Source: the human T2T-CHM13v2.0 reference genome, Homo sapiens
Assembly: GCF_009914755.1 (NCBI RefSeq)
Contig: NC_060947.1
Direction: 5' to 3' (one strand)
Length of the DNA stretch: 64,000 nucleotides
The position numbers and the translations under genes were made by a program. Under the pieces are notes generated by a model. That model did no database searches, was not told the origin of the DNA, and saw only the letters and a list, made by a program, of their open reading frames with translations. Shown piece after piece: positions 46,910 to 63,516 of this stretch (positions are counted from its first letter, which is position 1; the number at the start of each line of letters is the position of its first letter).

Positions 46910-47149
46910 AAATGAAGTCCATCCTCAGATATTTAATTTTTTTTCCTTGGACCAAGTTAATCCATTAGCAAGCTTTGTATTTGATCATCATTGTTTCGGC
47001 CCCACACAGATCACTTAGTGAATTTACATCTGCCTTATACATTTACTCTATGATGAAGGTGTCTTATAAGAACAGGTGTCTTATAAGAACAGACTTATGA
47101 AGCTCATTTTTATGTGTTGCAGAAAAGTTGCCAAAGCTGCCTTACATAT

Positions 47150-47315
47150 TTGCTTTTCAAAATGTGGTCCTGGGAACAGCAGTTTTGACATCACCTGGAA
47201 ATTTGTTGGAAATAGAGAATCTTGGACCCTACTCCAGACCTGTTGAGTCAGAATCTGCTTTTTAACAAGACCCCCAGGTGATTTGTGTGCACATTAAAGT
47301 TTGACAAACATTGCC
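47150..47315. mobile_element. MER5A-type MITE
   Basis: catcacctggaaatttgtt..tcagaatctgctttttaacaagacccccaggtgatt. Confidence 0.7.
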
Positions 47316-47519
47316 TTAAACTATATTCTTCTTTGCCAGAAATCATAGACAAAAATAATAACAAAAACCAAAAACCATACAAACAAAAAATCCCTCGTAT
47401 TTCAGAAATAAATAAAGCTTTGGTTCCCCCCAAACTCTTCTTGTTGCTAGGTTTATTCCTTTTCTAGTTTTATTTTCCTTTTACCTTATTCTCATAACTA
47501 TGGTATGAGTTTATAGTAG

Positions 47520-48405
47520 TGTTTCAGTTATCTAGTCTTATATACCAAACTATCCCAAAACATAGTGACTTAAAAAAAATCCATATTTATTTTGTTCACA
47601 AATACACACTTTGGGCAGGGCTTGGCAGGACAGCTTGTCTATGCTCCACATGGCATCACCTGGGGCCGCTCAAAGGCTGGAAGCTGGAATCATCTGAAGG
47701 TTTGCTCACTGATATGGTTTGGCTGTGTCCCCACCCAAATCTCAACTTGAATTGTATCTCCCAGAATTCCCACTTGTTGTGGGAGGAACTCAGGGAGAGA
47801 TCACTGAATCATGGGGGCTGGTAATTCCCATACTATTCTCGTGATAGTGAATAAGTCTCATGAGATCCGATGGGTTTATCAGGGATTTCCACTTTTGCTT
47901 CTTCCTCATTTTTCTCTTGCCGCAGCCAGGTAAGAAGTGCCTTTCACCTCCCGCCATGATTTGGAGGCCTGCCCAGCCATGTGGAACTGTAAGTCCAATT
48001 AAACCTCTTTTTCTTCCCAGTCTCATTATGTCTTTATCAGCAGCGTGAAAATGGACTAATATATTCACTTATATGCTGTTAAGTGACAAGACAAAAACAA
48101 CTGGGGCTATGGCCAGAACACCTACATGTCACCTGTTCATATGACTGACATAGTGGCTGGGTACCCACTGGGTACCACAAGATTCTATCCCAAGATAGAA
48201 TGAGCTGGGCAGGAGCTATATTGCCTTTTATGACCTAGCTTTGGAAGTTAGGTAGCATTACTGCTACCACATTTTCTTCCTCAGGGTGGAAACACAGTCC
48301 TTCCCAGGGAAGGAAAATAGAGTCCATCTTTCAATTGAGAAATGACAAGATTCTGGAAAGGATGGGAAATACTGCTGTGGCTGTTTCGGAAAATAAAACC
48401 TGCTA
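47520..48405 (-). mobile_element. MLT1(F/H-like) LTR, split by THE1A
   Basis: tgggcagggcttggcaggacagcttgtct; gccttttatgacctagctttggaag. Confidence 0.6.
47710..48063 (+). mobile_element. THE1A solo LTR
   Basis: TGATATGGTTTGGCTGTGTCCCCACCCAAATCTCAACTTGAATTGTATCTCCCAGAATTCCC; TSD (c/t)tcac. Confidence 0.88.
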
Positions 48406-48499
48406 CAACTTCTCACACTTTTAAAAATGGTTTTAAATTTTTTTGTGGAGAGAGTTGGGCATGAATTAATAATTAACAAATTAATAAGGATATTTATTA

Positions 48500-48890
<391 letters not shown>

Positions 48891-49024
48891 CTAGTAAAGC
48901 AAATAACGTGGGATGACCAGGAAAATCATTAAAATTTATGAAAATTTATCTCTTGCTCCTGATGTTAGCAGCTGATCTAATTCCAACAGTTTCTAGCCCA
49001 TGTATTATTTTGAATACATATTAG

Positions 49025-50320
49025 GGTCAGAGTGTCTGCTTTAAAGTCTCAAATTCAATGTGCATATAGGTCACCTAGGGGAGTCTTATTAAAATGCAGA
49101 TTTTAATCCAGTCTGAGGTAGCCCTGAGATTCTGCGTTTCTAATAAGCTCCAAGGCGATGCTAATGCTGCTGGTCCACGGACTACACTTTGAGTAACGAG
49201 GTGTCAGATAGAAGTAGCTCTAAGATGTGTGCCCTGGGAATCTTAGTTGCTGGGACCTCTCCCATGTTCCTGGATGATAATCACAAGATTGAGGTTAATT
49301 CCTTCCTTCAGTTCTGAGGGCAAACCAGAGTCCCATTGGAGATGGCTGATTTTACCCTAAGTCTACCCAGAAGATGAGGCTTTAATTTCCTCTGCTGAAC
49401 CTAAAGCCTCCTCTGTGGATCTGAAAGACTCAGGCCTAGGTGATGTGGAGCAGCAAGAAAACCACATTTCACCAGTTTGTCTGAAGCTCTCTTTGATGGG
49501 CTGCAGGTTCTTCTCGCATCTTTTCTGCCAGTGTGAATCTTACCAAGTTTGGTTTTTCTGATCCTAGACTCTGCGAGCTGGATCAGCAGCTGTGCAAACA
49601 CTGGCCTTTTCAATAATGCCGTTTTCCCCTTCTACACTCTCAAACCACACTGACTGTACCTTGAAAGATTTCATCTCTGTTTGGGGCTGTGCTACTGAAT
49701 TGTCATATTGCATGCCTCCTATATATAAGATAGAGCAGCTTCTGATTTAGTCCTGAGTCATTCTGGTCCTCAAAGACCCAGGAGATTTGGGCAGGATTAC
49801 TAGATCCTACACATTTTCATTTTTTTTGCACAAATATCTGATGTAATAGGGCGAGAGCACTGACATTGTGCTCAAAAGGTCTCAGTGCTGTGAGCTCAGC
49901 CGTTTATTACTCTACATGAAGTGTTGTGAACCTCGTTTAAAAGTGATTATAAAAATTCCTATCTCAGAACATGGTTGGAAAGAAAATTAAGGCAAATAGT
50001 ACAAAAGTTATTTTAAGATTAAAAATACGAAACAAATGAAAAAGCCCAGGTTGGCGGCCAAGCTACCCCAGTAGCAGTTATAGATACGATAGCAGAGAAG
50101 ACATAATTTTATCTTATGTCTAGTCTTCCCAAAAGCATAGTTCAAGGACCAGTGCATCAAAATCACCTGGAATGTTTTTAAAAAAGGAAATCTTCAAGTC
50201 CCATTTTAGCTATAACTGAATCTGAATCCCTGAAGAGGAAGGTGGGTGTCTAGTAATTTGCATTGTAAGTAAGCCCATCAAATGACTCTTATGCACACTG
50301 AAGTTTTGAGAACCAGACTG
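49025..50320. mobile_element. MER5 (~49025-49200, ~50120-50320) and MIR fragments
   Basis: ccctgagattctgcgtttctaataagctcc; catcaaaatcacctgg..ttttgagaacc. Confidence 0.6.
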
Positions 50321-51499
50321 TAGTCCCCACCAAGGGGGTGTTTGGTTGACCTCTGCTGGGTTAGGCTTCAGGGCAAACTCATAGACAATTTGGATTTTTT
50401 TCTACTCATTCCCAAACCCCAAACCCCAAATTCTGCTCGTCTCAGCTCCAGTCCTAGCTGGATTTCCGCAGTCTCCCATTTGTAAGTTTCAACCCTTACT
50501 CTAGTTTCTATCTGGCTCTCGTTCTAGACCTCCTGGGTGCCCTTCCCTGAAGCCTCAGCTTTTAGTCTTCCTCTAAGTTTTCCTCCTAAAGTGTGCCCTT
50601 AGGCTCCCCATACTAAATTCTCAGGCAAGTTTCTGCCCCGGGGGAGTAATTATCACAGCCTTCTCTTTTTGGGCTAGCTCACAGGGTGTCTGGGCTACAG
50701 TGCATCCCGTGAGTCAGCCCAGTTAGGGGAAAAGAAGGCTTACCAACAAGTCAGTTCATGTGGGGATCATCTCTTCACTCTGAAAGAAGGTACAGTGACA
50801 AACCATCCCCACCCCATTGCTTGCTGGGAAGCCAGAAGGACTCCAGCAATGAGCACAGAAGTGGCCCATAAGCACTCTTCTCCTGACTCATTTCAGAGGA
50901 CAATTCAGACCTCTAGGGAGTTCTGAAATTGATCCAGTACAGAGTAGTTCCCATTTACTTTCACCATCCTAGAACCAGGGGAAACTAACTAGGGACCACT
51001 CAGTGTGATCAAGGTCACTTCCAGACGCTTCATCCATACCAGGCCTCAGTGATGTTCTCTGTTCTTAGCTTTCATAGAAAGAAATATATGTTAGTAAAGT
51101 GAGCCTTCGTCTCATAGATAAGTACCAATACAGCTTCTGCTGACTTTGCTAGCAGATGTATATAAGTCAAGTTCTAGTTAGTCTAGCTTGGCTTATTGTC
51201 CTGGAATCTTTTCCTGGCACATATATGTGTTCCTGAGGATGTGGGAATATTTGAGGATGTAGATTTTATTCCAAGTAACATTCATTCCCCTTGTCAGTGA
51301 CTCTATAGGGTACTATCGATTACTATAGTCCTCTTTATTCTTTACCAAGAGAAATGATAGTTGCTTAATGTAGAAATCTATATTAAAAAGAAAAAATTTT
51401 AATTGACAATAAAATACAGTAGTTATTACATTTTAATCTACAATAAAAGAAAATATTTTGTTGGTTGGCATTAAAATGCTGACCTGCTGGTTTTGTGTA

Positions 51500-51710
51500 G
51501 GGGATGGTAGCTCAGTCTGCATGCTTACGTTTGTAAATAGTTTTATTGGAACACAGCCACATATATATATTTTTTTTACATATGGTCTATAGCTGCTTTC
51601 TCACTACAGTAGCAAGAAGGGAATATTTGTGACAGGATCGTATGACCCTCAAAGCCTAAAATATTTACTATCTGGCTTTTTACAGGAAAAAGTTTGTAAC
51701 CCCCCTATAG
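51500..51710. mobile_element. MER58A MITE
   Basis: gttttattggaacacagccac..aaagcctaaaatatttactatctggc. Confidence 0.75.
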
Positions 51711-54073
51711 ACGATAAGCACCTAGAGATCATAGAACAGGTTTAGTTTGATTATTTTGTAAAGAACTCAGCACAACTCTATACAACTAATAAGTACATCT
51801 TGGTGTGTTTGGTGATTTCCAGAGGTTAAGTAAATAGGGCTTTTAAACTTCTATATGGAAGGGGAAAAAAATTGAAGACACAAAAAATGTTAATCATGGC
51901 TATCTTTGAATAGTAGGATTATAGAGCAGTTTAATTTTCTTCTTTTTTCTTTCTGGATTTGCTAGATGTCCTTCAATGAATATTTATTACACACACATAC
52001 ACACACACACACATCCACACACACATCCCAACAACTCCCCCCACTCCCAGGATATTTGGTGGGGTCTAGTTCTTTAAACAAAAAAGACCTAAACAATATG
52101 GAAATTACTTTTTTCTAAGTCAATGTGGAGATGAGAATAGAGGGAAACTGTCTTTCATAATCAAATCATAATTAAATTAAAACAGTATTATTCTAAACCT
52201 CTTTTAGCATTTTGCTCCTTTTATAAATATTCATGTAGGTTTGTCAATCTAAAGAAAAATAATGGATTAGGATTATTCTATAACGTATTTTACAACCATA
52301 AACCCAGGTCATAATCCTTAGTAGGTAACAGGCAGTCATATTTTCTAGATTACTATTGCTGAGTTGTGTATTAGGACACTGTGGTTGCAGTTGACAGAAA
52401 GCTGACTCAACCTATGCCAAAAAGAGGAGGCATTTATTGGCACACACACTCAAACCACAGGAAGGATGTAGGAGCAACTGGAACCAGCTCAAACACCATC
52501 AGCTTTCCCTTTCTCTCCCCCTACTTCTTTCTATGGCATGGGAATCATTCCCTCAAGCCAGCACACTAGATCTAGTTTGAAAAATGGCAGGAGGATTCTG
52601 ATAGGTCTTGCTTGCGTCATGTGCTCATTCCTGGTTGCGGGAGGGGAGGTGGAAGTATATTGTGCTGGAAAGTGTTGGTCAGGGTAAAGAGAAAGTGAGT
52701 TTTGGCTGGGTACGGTGGTGCACTCCTGTAATCCCAGCTACTCAGGAGGCTGAGGCAGAAGAATCACTTGAGAGATCTGGCAAGATGGCTGAATAGGAGT
52801 GGCTCCCAGTGAGACCAATGCAGAAGGTGGGTGATTTCTGCATTTCCAACTGAGGTACCTGGTTCATCTCACTGGGACTGGTTAGACAGTGGGTATAGCC
52901 AATGGAGGGTAAGCAGAAGCAGGGCAAGGCGTCGCCTCACCTGGAAAGTGCAAGGGGCCGGGGACCTCCCTCCCCTAGCCAAGGGAAGCCATGAGGGACT
53001 GCGCTATCCAGCCCAGATACTATGCTTTTCCCACGGTTTTTGCAACCCACAGACCAAGAGATCCCCTCGTGTGCCTACACCACCAGGGCCCTGGGTTTCA
53101 AGCACAAAACTGCGCAGCTATTTGGGTAGACACTGAGCTAGCTGCAGGAGTTTTTTTTTTTGTTTGTACCCCAGTGGTGCCTGGAACCCTAGTGAGACAG
53201 AACCATTCACTCCACTGAAGCCAGGGAGCCAAGTGGTCTCACTCACGGGTGCCACTCCCACGGAGCCCAGCAAGCTAAGAACCACTAGCTTGAAATTTTT
53301 GCTGCCAGCACAGCAGTCTGAAGTTGACCTGGGATGATCAAACTTGGTGGTGGGAGGGGCGTCCACCATTACTGAGGCTTGAGTAGGCAGTTTTCCCCTG
53401 ACAGTGTTGAGGAAGCTGGGAAGTTCTGATTGGGCAGAACTCACTACAGTGCAGCAAAGTGGCTGTGTCCAGACTGCCTCCCTAGATTGCTCCTCACTGG
53501 GCAGGGCATCTCTGAAAGAAAGGCAGCAGCCCCAGTCAGGGGCTTATAGATAAAACTCCCATCCCCCTGGGACAGAGCATATGGGAGAAGAAGGGGCAGC
53601 TGTGGGCACAGCTTCAGCAAACTTAAACATTCCTATCTGCTGGCTCTGAAGAGAGCAGCGAATCTCCCAGCATGGCACTCGAGCTCTGCTAAGGGACAGG
53701 CTGCCTCCTCAAGTGGGTCTCTGACCTCCATGCCTCCTGACTGGAAGACAACTCCCAGCAGGGGTTGACAGACACCTCATATAGGAGAGCCCTGGCTGGC
53801 ATCAGGTGGGTGCCCCTCTGGGACAAAGCATTTAGAGGAAGGAGCAGGCAGCAATATTAATTGTTCTGGGGCCTCCGCTGGTGATACCCAGGCAAACAGG
53901 GTCTAGAATGGAGCTCCAGTGAACTCCAGCAGACCTGCAGAAGAGGGGCCTGACAGAAGAAAAACTAACAAACAGAAAGCAATAACATCAACATCAACAA
54001 AAAGGATGCCCACACAAAAACCCTATCCAAAGGTCACCAGCATCAAAGATCAAAGGTAGATAAATCCACAAAG

Positions 54074-55115
54074 ATGAGGAAAAACCGGCGCAAAAATCCT
54101 GAAAATTCCAAAAACCAGAATGTCTTTTCTCCTCCAAATGATCACAACTCCTCTCCAGCAAGAGCACAAAACTGGACAGAGAATGAGTTTGACAAATTGA
54201 CAGAAGTAGGCTTCAGAAGGTGGGTAATAACGAACTCCTCTGAGCTAACGAAGCATATTCTAACCCAATGCAAGGAAGCTAAGAACCTTGATAAAAGGTT
54301 ACAGGAACTGCTAACTAGAATAACCAGTTTAAAGAAAAACATAAATGACCTGATGGAGCTGAAAAACACAGCACGAGAACTTCGTGAAGCATACGCAAGT
54401 ATCAATAGCTGAATCGATCAAGTGGAAGAAAGGATATCAGAAATTGAAGATCAACTTAATGAAATAAGGTGTGAAGACAAGATTAGAGAAAAAAGAATGA
54501 AAACGAAAAAAACAAAGCCTCCAAGAAATATGGGACTATGTGAAAAGACGAAACCTATGATTGACTGGTGTCCCTGAAAGTGACAGGGAGAATGGAACCA
54601 AGTTGGAAACACACTTCAGGATATTATCCAGGAGAACTTCCCCAACCTAGCAAGACAAGCCAACATTCAAATTCAGGAAATACAGAGAACACCACTAAGA
54701 TACTCCTCAAGAAGAGCAACCCCAAGACACATAATTTTCAGATTCTTCAAGGTCGAAATGAAGGAAAAAATGTTAAGGGCAGCCAGAGAGAAAAGTCAGG
54801 TTACCTACAAAGGGAAGCTCATCAGACCAACAGCAGATCTCTCTGCAGAACCCCTACAAGCCAGAAGCCCCTACAGGCCCACTCAGTGGGGGGCCAATAT
54901 TCAACATTCTTAAAGAAAATAATTTTCAACCCAGAATTTCATATCCAGCCGAACTAAGCTTCATAAATGAAGGAGAAATAAAATCCTTTCCAGACAAGCA
55001 AATGCTGAGGGATTTTGTTACCACTAGGCCTGCCTTACAAGAGCTCCTGAAGGAAGCACTAAATATGGAAAGGAAAAACTGGTACCAGCCACTGCAAAAA
55101 CATACCAAATTGTAA
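54074..55115 (+). pseudogene. L1 ORF1, disrupted
   Basis: MRKNRRKNPENSKNQ start; stop at ~54410 and later frameshifts. Confidence 0.9.
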
Positions 55116-55178
55116 AGACCATTGACACTATGAAGAAACTGCATCAACTAATGTGCAAAATAAACAACTAGCATCATG

Positions 55179-58351
<3,173 letters not shown>

Positions 58352-58820
58352 GCAATGAGAACACATGGACACAGGGAAGGGAACATCACATACCAGGGCC
58401 TGTTGGGGGATGGGGGCAAGGGGAGGGAGAGCATTAGGACAAATACCTAATGCATGCGGGGCTTAAAACCTAGATGATGGGTTGACAGGTGCAGCAAACC
58501 ACCATGGCACATGTATACCTATGTAAAAAACCTGCACATTCTGCACATGTATCCCAGAACTTAAGTTAAAAAAAAAGAATCGCTTGAATCCAGGAGGCGG
58601 AGGCTGCAGTAAGCTGAGATTTCACCACTGCACTCCAGCTTGGGTGACAGAGCGAGACTCCGTCTCAAAAAAAAGAATGTGAGTTTCTATCAGCAGAAGC
58701 AGAGGAGGTGGAGGAGTCGCAGTCATGTGTGGGGCTTTATTTTGGAGTGGCAGTCACTGTGATTAGCATCAACTCACTATAGATACATGGCCCAAATGTA
58801 TGAAGAGAGCCTGGATTCTA

Positions 58821-59165
58821 TATGTAGCCTCCCCCTATGGGAGGTGTCGATTTCCGAGGTGTCAGTTACCCACTGTCAATCAACCACGGTTCAAAAATAG
58901 GTAAGTACAGTACAATATTTTGAGAGGAAGAGTGAAACCACATTCATGTGACTTTTATTACAATATATTGTCATAATTGTTCTATTTTATTACTATTTAT
59001 TGTTAATCTCTTACTATGCCTAATTTATGAATTAAACTTTATCATGGGTATGTATGTACAAGAAAAAAACAATGTATATATATATATGGTTTGGTACTAT
59101 CCATCGTTTCAGACATCCACTGGGGGTCTTGATACCTATCGCCCTACAGATAAGGGGACTACTGT
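58821..59165. mobile_element. MER44(A) Tigger-derived MITE
   Basis: Termini gtagcctccccctat / gataaggggactactg; cagttaccc..aaccacggttcaaaaatagg. Confidence 0.75.
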
Positions 59166-59459
59166 ACACAGGTAAATGGTGAATAAAGTTCATTTCCGGA
59201 ACCCCATGTTATTTAAAATCCTTAAAGGCCATTAATCCTTTTCACAGGAAATGGACAATGCCACTAAAATCAGGCCTCCACTCCCTTCTTCCCCTTCTCA
59301 TTGATGAAAAACCATGTGGAACCCTGTTTCTTCTCTTCCCCCAGCATTTTGCTCTCCACCCTGCCTGTCAGAATCCTGATCACTCCCATTACCTTCACCT
59401 CCATTCAAGAGGGAAGAAAAGCTTAAACTGCTCCCCGAAGAATCAACTCCAATGCCGCT

Positions 59460-59885
59460 AAGACTTCAGTGAGCATCAGAGTCACCCGGAGGTCTTGCTA
59501 AAACACCGGTTCTTGGGCCCCACCCCCACAGAGTCTGAGTCTGTAGGTACAGGATGAGTACGGCCCATGCACAAATAATGCTGATGCCGTTGGTCTGGGG
59601 ACCACACACTTTGAGTAGCACTATATCGTCCATGCCTCAAAACCCATGTTTGCATAGTTATCTCAAAACATCAGTGGTTTTAGCCCAGGAGTGATTTTGC
59701 CCCCTAGGAGATACTTGGCAATGTCTGGAGACATTTTCGATTGCCACTAATTGGAAAGGTGGGAGTTAGTCCTACTGGGACCTAGGAAGCAGAAGCTAGG
59801 CATGCTGCTAAACATCTTATACTGCACAAGACAGCCCCCAAAAGAAAAAAGTATCTGGCCCAAGATATCAATAGTGCAGAAACCT
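59460..59885. mobile_element. MER5A (~59460-59625) and MER20 (~59672-59885)
   Basis: gcatcagagtcacccggagg; tgattttgcccc..ggcaatgtctggagacattttc..gctgctaaacatc. Confidence 0.75.
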
Positions 59886-60692
59886 TACTTTAGTTCCTAG
59901 GGTCAGGAGATGGTAACCCACGGGCCAAATATGAACTTTGCAAGTAGTACTGTTTGTCCTCTACCTAGTTCTAATAGGCCAAACCAAAAAGCAGATTATA
60001 GCACAATCAGCTTAACATCTGTCTGTTGTCTTATACAATGCTTAGTTGTTGTATTATCAGCGTGGCCCCTGGAGGCATCTGAGTTTGCAACCCTCCGATC
60101 TCATCTAATCTCTTTTTTTTGTAGATGAGGAAGGAGCTATGATATGGTCCAAAAATTTGCCTAAGGTTCAATGGGGAAACCAGATCGAGAATCTAAGCCT
60201 GTGACAGTGATCACAATGTCAGTTTGAATCAATATACACACACAGGTACCCTCTAGTGCATTCAGGTATAGCTATGTTATTCATTCATTTATTTATTCTT
60301 TCAGCGTTCATTCCCCATACAGTGTTCTTATATGCATACACAAGATCACATAGTTATACACATAAATCAAAGGTTCTCATGTATTACCTAACAATAGCAT
60401 TGGACACATGACATATTTGGCTCATGATTTATTTAGCATCCCCTCCAAATGTTTAAAGATAGAGATGTTCCAGCAACAAGTTCTATTTTTGAAATACCAA
60501 ATTGAAGCCTGGAACTTGTTATGAGACCGGATGGCTCTTCCAGCTAGCAATGCAGAGTGAAAACAGCTGGCCCTTTAAATTGTGTGCGCTGTGGCCAAAC
60601 CATTTCTCTACCCTTCAAAGACGCTTTGCACTGTCTAGGATATTTTTTATCCTCATCACTTTAGCATTTAAAAACTTGTTTTTTAAAAAAGA

Positions 60693-60905
60693 AGGAAGGA
60701 TAGCATTAGGAGAAATACCTAATGTAGGTTAAGGTTGATGGGTGCAGCAAACCACCACGGCACGTGTATACCTATGTAACAAAACTGCACATTCTGCACA
60801 TGTGCCCCAGAACTTAAAGTACAATTAAAAAAAAAAACGAAAAAAAGAAAAACAACAAGACCACAAAACAAAAAAAAATCAAAATATTAAAGAGCAAAGA
60901 AAAAT
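60693..60905 (+). mobile_element. 5'-truncated L1PA7-like 3' end with A tail
   Basis: gatagcattaggagaaatacctaatgtag..ccagaacttaaagta followed by an A-rich tail. Confidence 0.85.
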
Positions 60906-60936
60906 ACTGAATTACACTTGAGTACTGCCTCTAGAT

Positions 60937-61148
60937 CAGGGGCTGCCCGACTATGGCCTGCAGGCCATGTTCAGCCCACTGCCCATTTTTATAAATAAAG
61001 TTTTATTGGAACACAGCCACGCCCATGCGTGTACATATTTTACACGGTTACTTTCATAGAATTGAGTAGTGCAACAGAGACCTTCTGACTGGCAAAGCCT
61101 AAAGTATTTACTGTCTGGCCGTTTGCAGGGAAATTTTGCTGACCCTGC
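60937..61148. mobile_element. MER58A MITE
   Basis: caggggctgcc..aaataaagttttattggaacacagcc..ttgctgaccctg. Confidence 0.8.
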
Positions 61149-61159
61149 TCTTGATTATG

Positions 61160-61230
61160 TATTAGGTTGTACCATATGAAATTGCCACCACTTGGCAATT
61201 TTGACCTACACTTTCATAAATTCATTCTAA
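61160..61230. mobile_element. MADE2-like mariner MITE (a second degraded copy at ~61970-62030)
   Basis: tattaggttgtaccatatgaaattgcc..ttttgacctaca. Confidence 0.5.
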
Positions 61231-61769
61231 AAATCAAAGGATAGTGATTCCACTAAAAAATGGCATTTCTTTTCTTGCAGGTTAAAATTTGCTGTGGCTC
61301 TTACGGCTCAAAACAGAATTTCACAATAGCTATGCTTATCTGTAAAATCACTTTCTCATATACAAAAAAAATAAAAATAAAAAAATCTTCTTTCCTTTTC
61401 ACAGGAAATGGACAAAGACTAGACTGGCTCACTGGTCCTGAAACAGAAATTTCTATTGAAAGGTTTTGCAGCTCTCTATGGACATAGATCCGCCCTGCTC
61501 CATCTATAACATCTCTCTCAACTGCAGTTATTCATTCATGAGAACTTTGTATTAGTTCCTTCTGCCCATGCCATCTTCTGCAGACACAAATGTTTATGCT
61601 TCACTTAAAAGGTGGCATGAATATGTTTGTATAATGTGGGTCATTGCAGGTCATTGCTAATATAATAGAGTAAACCTCTGCTCAGCTGGCCTCAAGTTAC
61701 ACCACACCCATAGCTGTCAATTTCTATCTTCCTCTAGACATATACAACGTGGTGGGAGGGAAACAGCCT

Positions 61770-62215
61770 AGGGGTAGGACTTAAGCCAACCTACTTTGGA
61801 TTTCTGGGACTACTCTTACCAGCTGTGTGAACTTGGGCGAATTTTGTAGCTTTGATGAGCCTCACTTTCCTTAGCTATAAAATGGGGACGATGCCTATTT
61901 TGCAGAGGTTTGAGAGGATTAATAATTGTTTGAGCAAAGCGCCTGACAATTAGTAAATTAGTAAATAAATATTAAGTTGAATCATATTAAACCGCCGATA
62001 AATGGCAATAACTAGTCATTTTACCTAAAGTTGTTAGCCCTGGGATTGTTACCATGATTGTGTGTACACAGGCTGAGCCCAGGTACCTACCATGCAAAGT
62101 TTAAGGGGGTGTTCATTCTCAGGTGCCGACTCCATACTTGCATGACTCTGAGAGCAAATATTTCCTTAAATTTTGTTCCCAACCACCTCTCTTGGCTCTT
62201 CTCAGTCCCAGACCT
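61770..62215. mobile_element. MIR (~61770-61965) and MER91A-like element (~62068-62215)
   Basis: ccagctgtgtgaacttgggc..tataaaatgggg; tttaaggggg..ctcagg..ctgagag..ccttaaattttg. Confidence 0.65.
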
Positions 62216-62712
62216 GTTGCCAGGTTCCCCTTATTCAGCTGAGAAATTCCTCCTCTCCTCTCAGGTGCCTGGTGCCTCTCTGCAACCTGAAAACCATCTC
62301 TTGGATGACCCTTTAATAACTACGGGATAAATGACTCATAGCACTACACCCTCCCAAAGATGCTTGCTTTAAAAGAGGATTAAAATCTTAATTAAAAAAG
62401 CACCAAAGCAGGATTTCAGGCATGACTTAGTAGAACAGAATATCGTGGGGGCCAGCAACCTCTGGGGATTCTGAAATCTGTATCAGTTGGCAGGCAATGT
62501 CTCATGTCACTCTGCATGTCTAAGCACAGAAACGTGGAGCCACAGGGAAACTGATGCACTGGGGACTTGAATTGAATTTTGAAGAATGGCTAAGTAGTCA
62601 GATGAGAAGGGAAGACATGTTAGCATGATTGAAAGCACATCCCAAAGGATTTTTTCCTCACCGTTTCCTTTTTTTCTTTCTTTTCCAAAAATGACTTGAT
62701 ATAACTGACTCA

Positions 62713-63434
62713 TGTGGTAGCCAGCCTCCAAGATTGCCCCCGTGATGGTTAATATTAGGTGTCAACTGGACTGGATTGAGGGATACCTAAATGGCTGGTG
62801 AAGCATTGTTCCTGAGTATGTTTGTGAAGGTGTTTCCAGAAGAGATAGATGCATGAGTCAGTAGGCTGAGAGGAAGATCCACCTTCAATGCAGGGTGGGG
62901 GGCCGGGCTAGGACAAAGCAGGTGGAAGAAGGGGGATACTCGACTGGCTCTTGCTCCCTCGCTCTCATTTCTGGAGCAGGATGCCATTTTTTTCTTCTTG
63001 CCCTTGGACATCAGACTCCAGGTTCTTTGCCTTTTGGACTCTGGGACTTGCCCCAGGAGCCTCCTGGGCCTCTCTGACCTTCAGCCTCAGAGTGGGGGTT
63101 ACACTGTTGGCTTCCCTGGCTCTGAGGCTTTCAGACTTGGACTGAGCCACACTACTAGGCTTCTCTCGTTCTCTAGCTTGCAGACGCTCTATGGTGGAAC
63201 TTCACCTTTGTGATCGTATGAACGAATTCCCCCAATCAACCCCTTTATATATACATATACATATATATATATGTGTATATATATATACATATATATATGT
63301 ATATATATATACATATATATGTATATATATATACATATATATGTATATATATATACATATATATGTATATATATATACATATACACATATATATGAATAT
63401 ATATGTATATATAAATATATATACATATATATAC

Positions 63435-63516
<82 letters not shown>

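Noticed and set aside
50410-50430. Telomere-like cccaaaccccaaaccccaaa
   Set aside because: Only three units and not TTAGGG; simple slippage.
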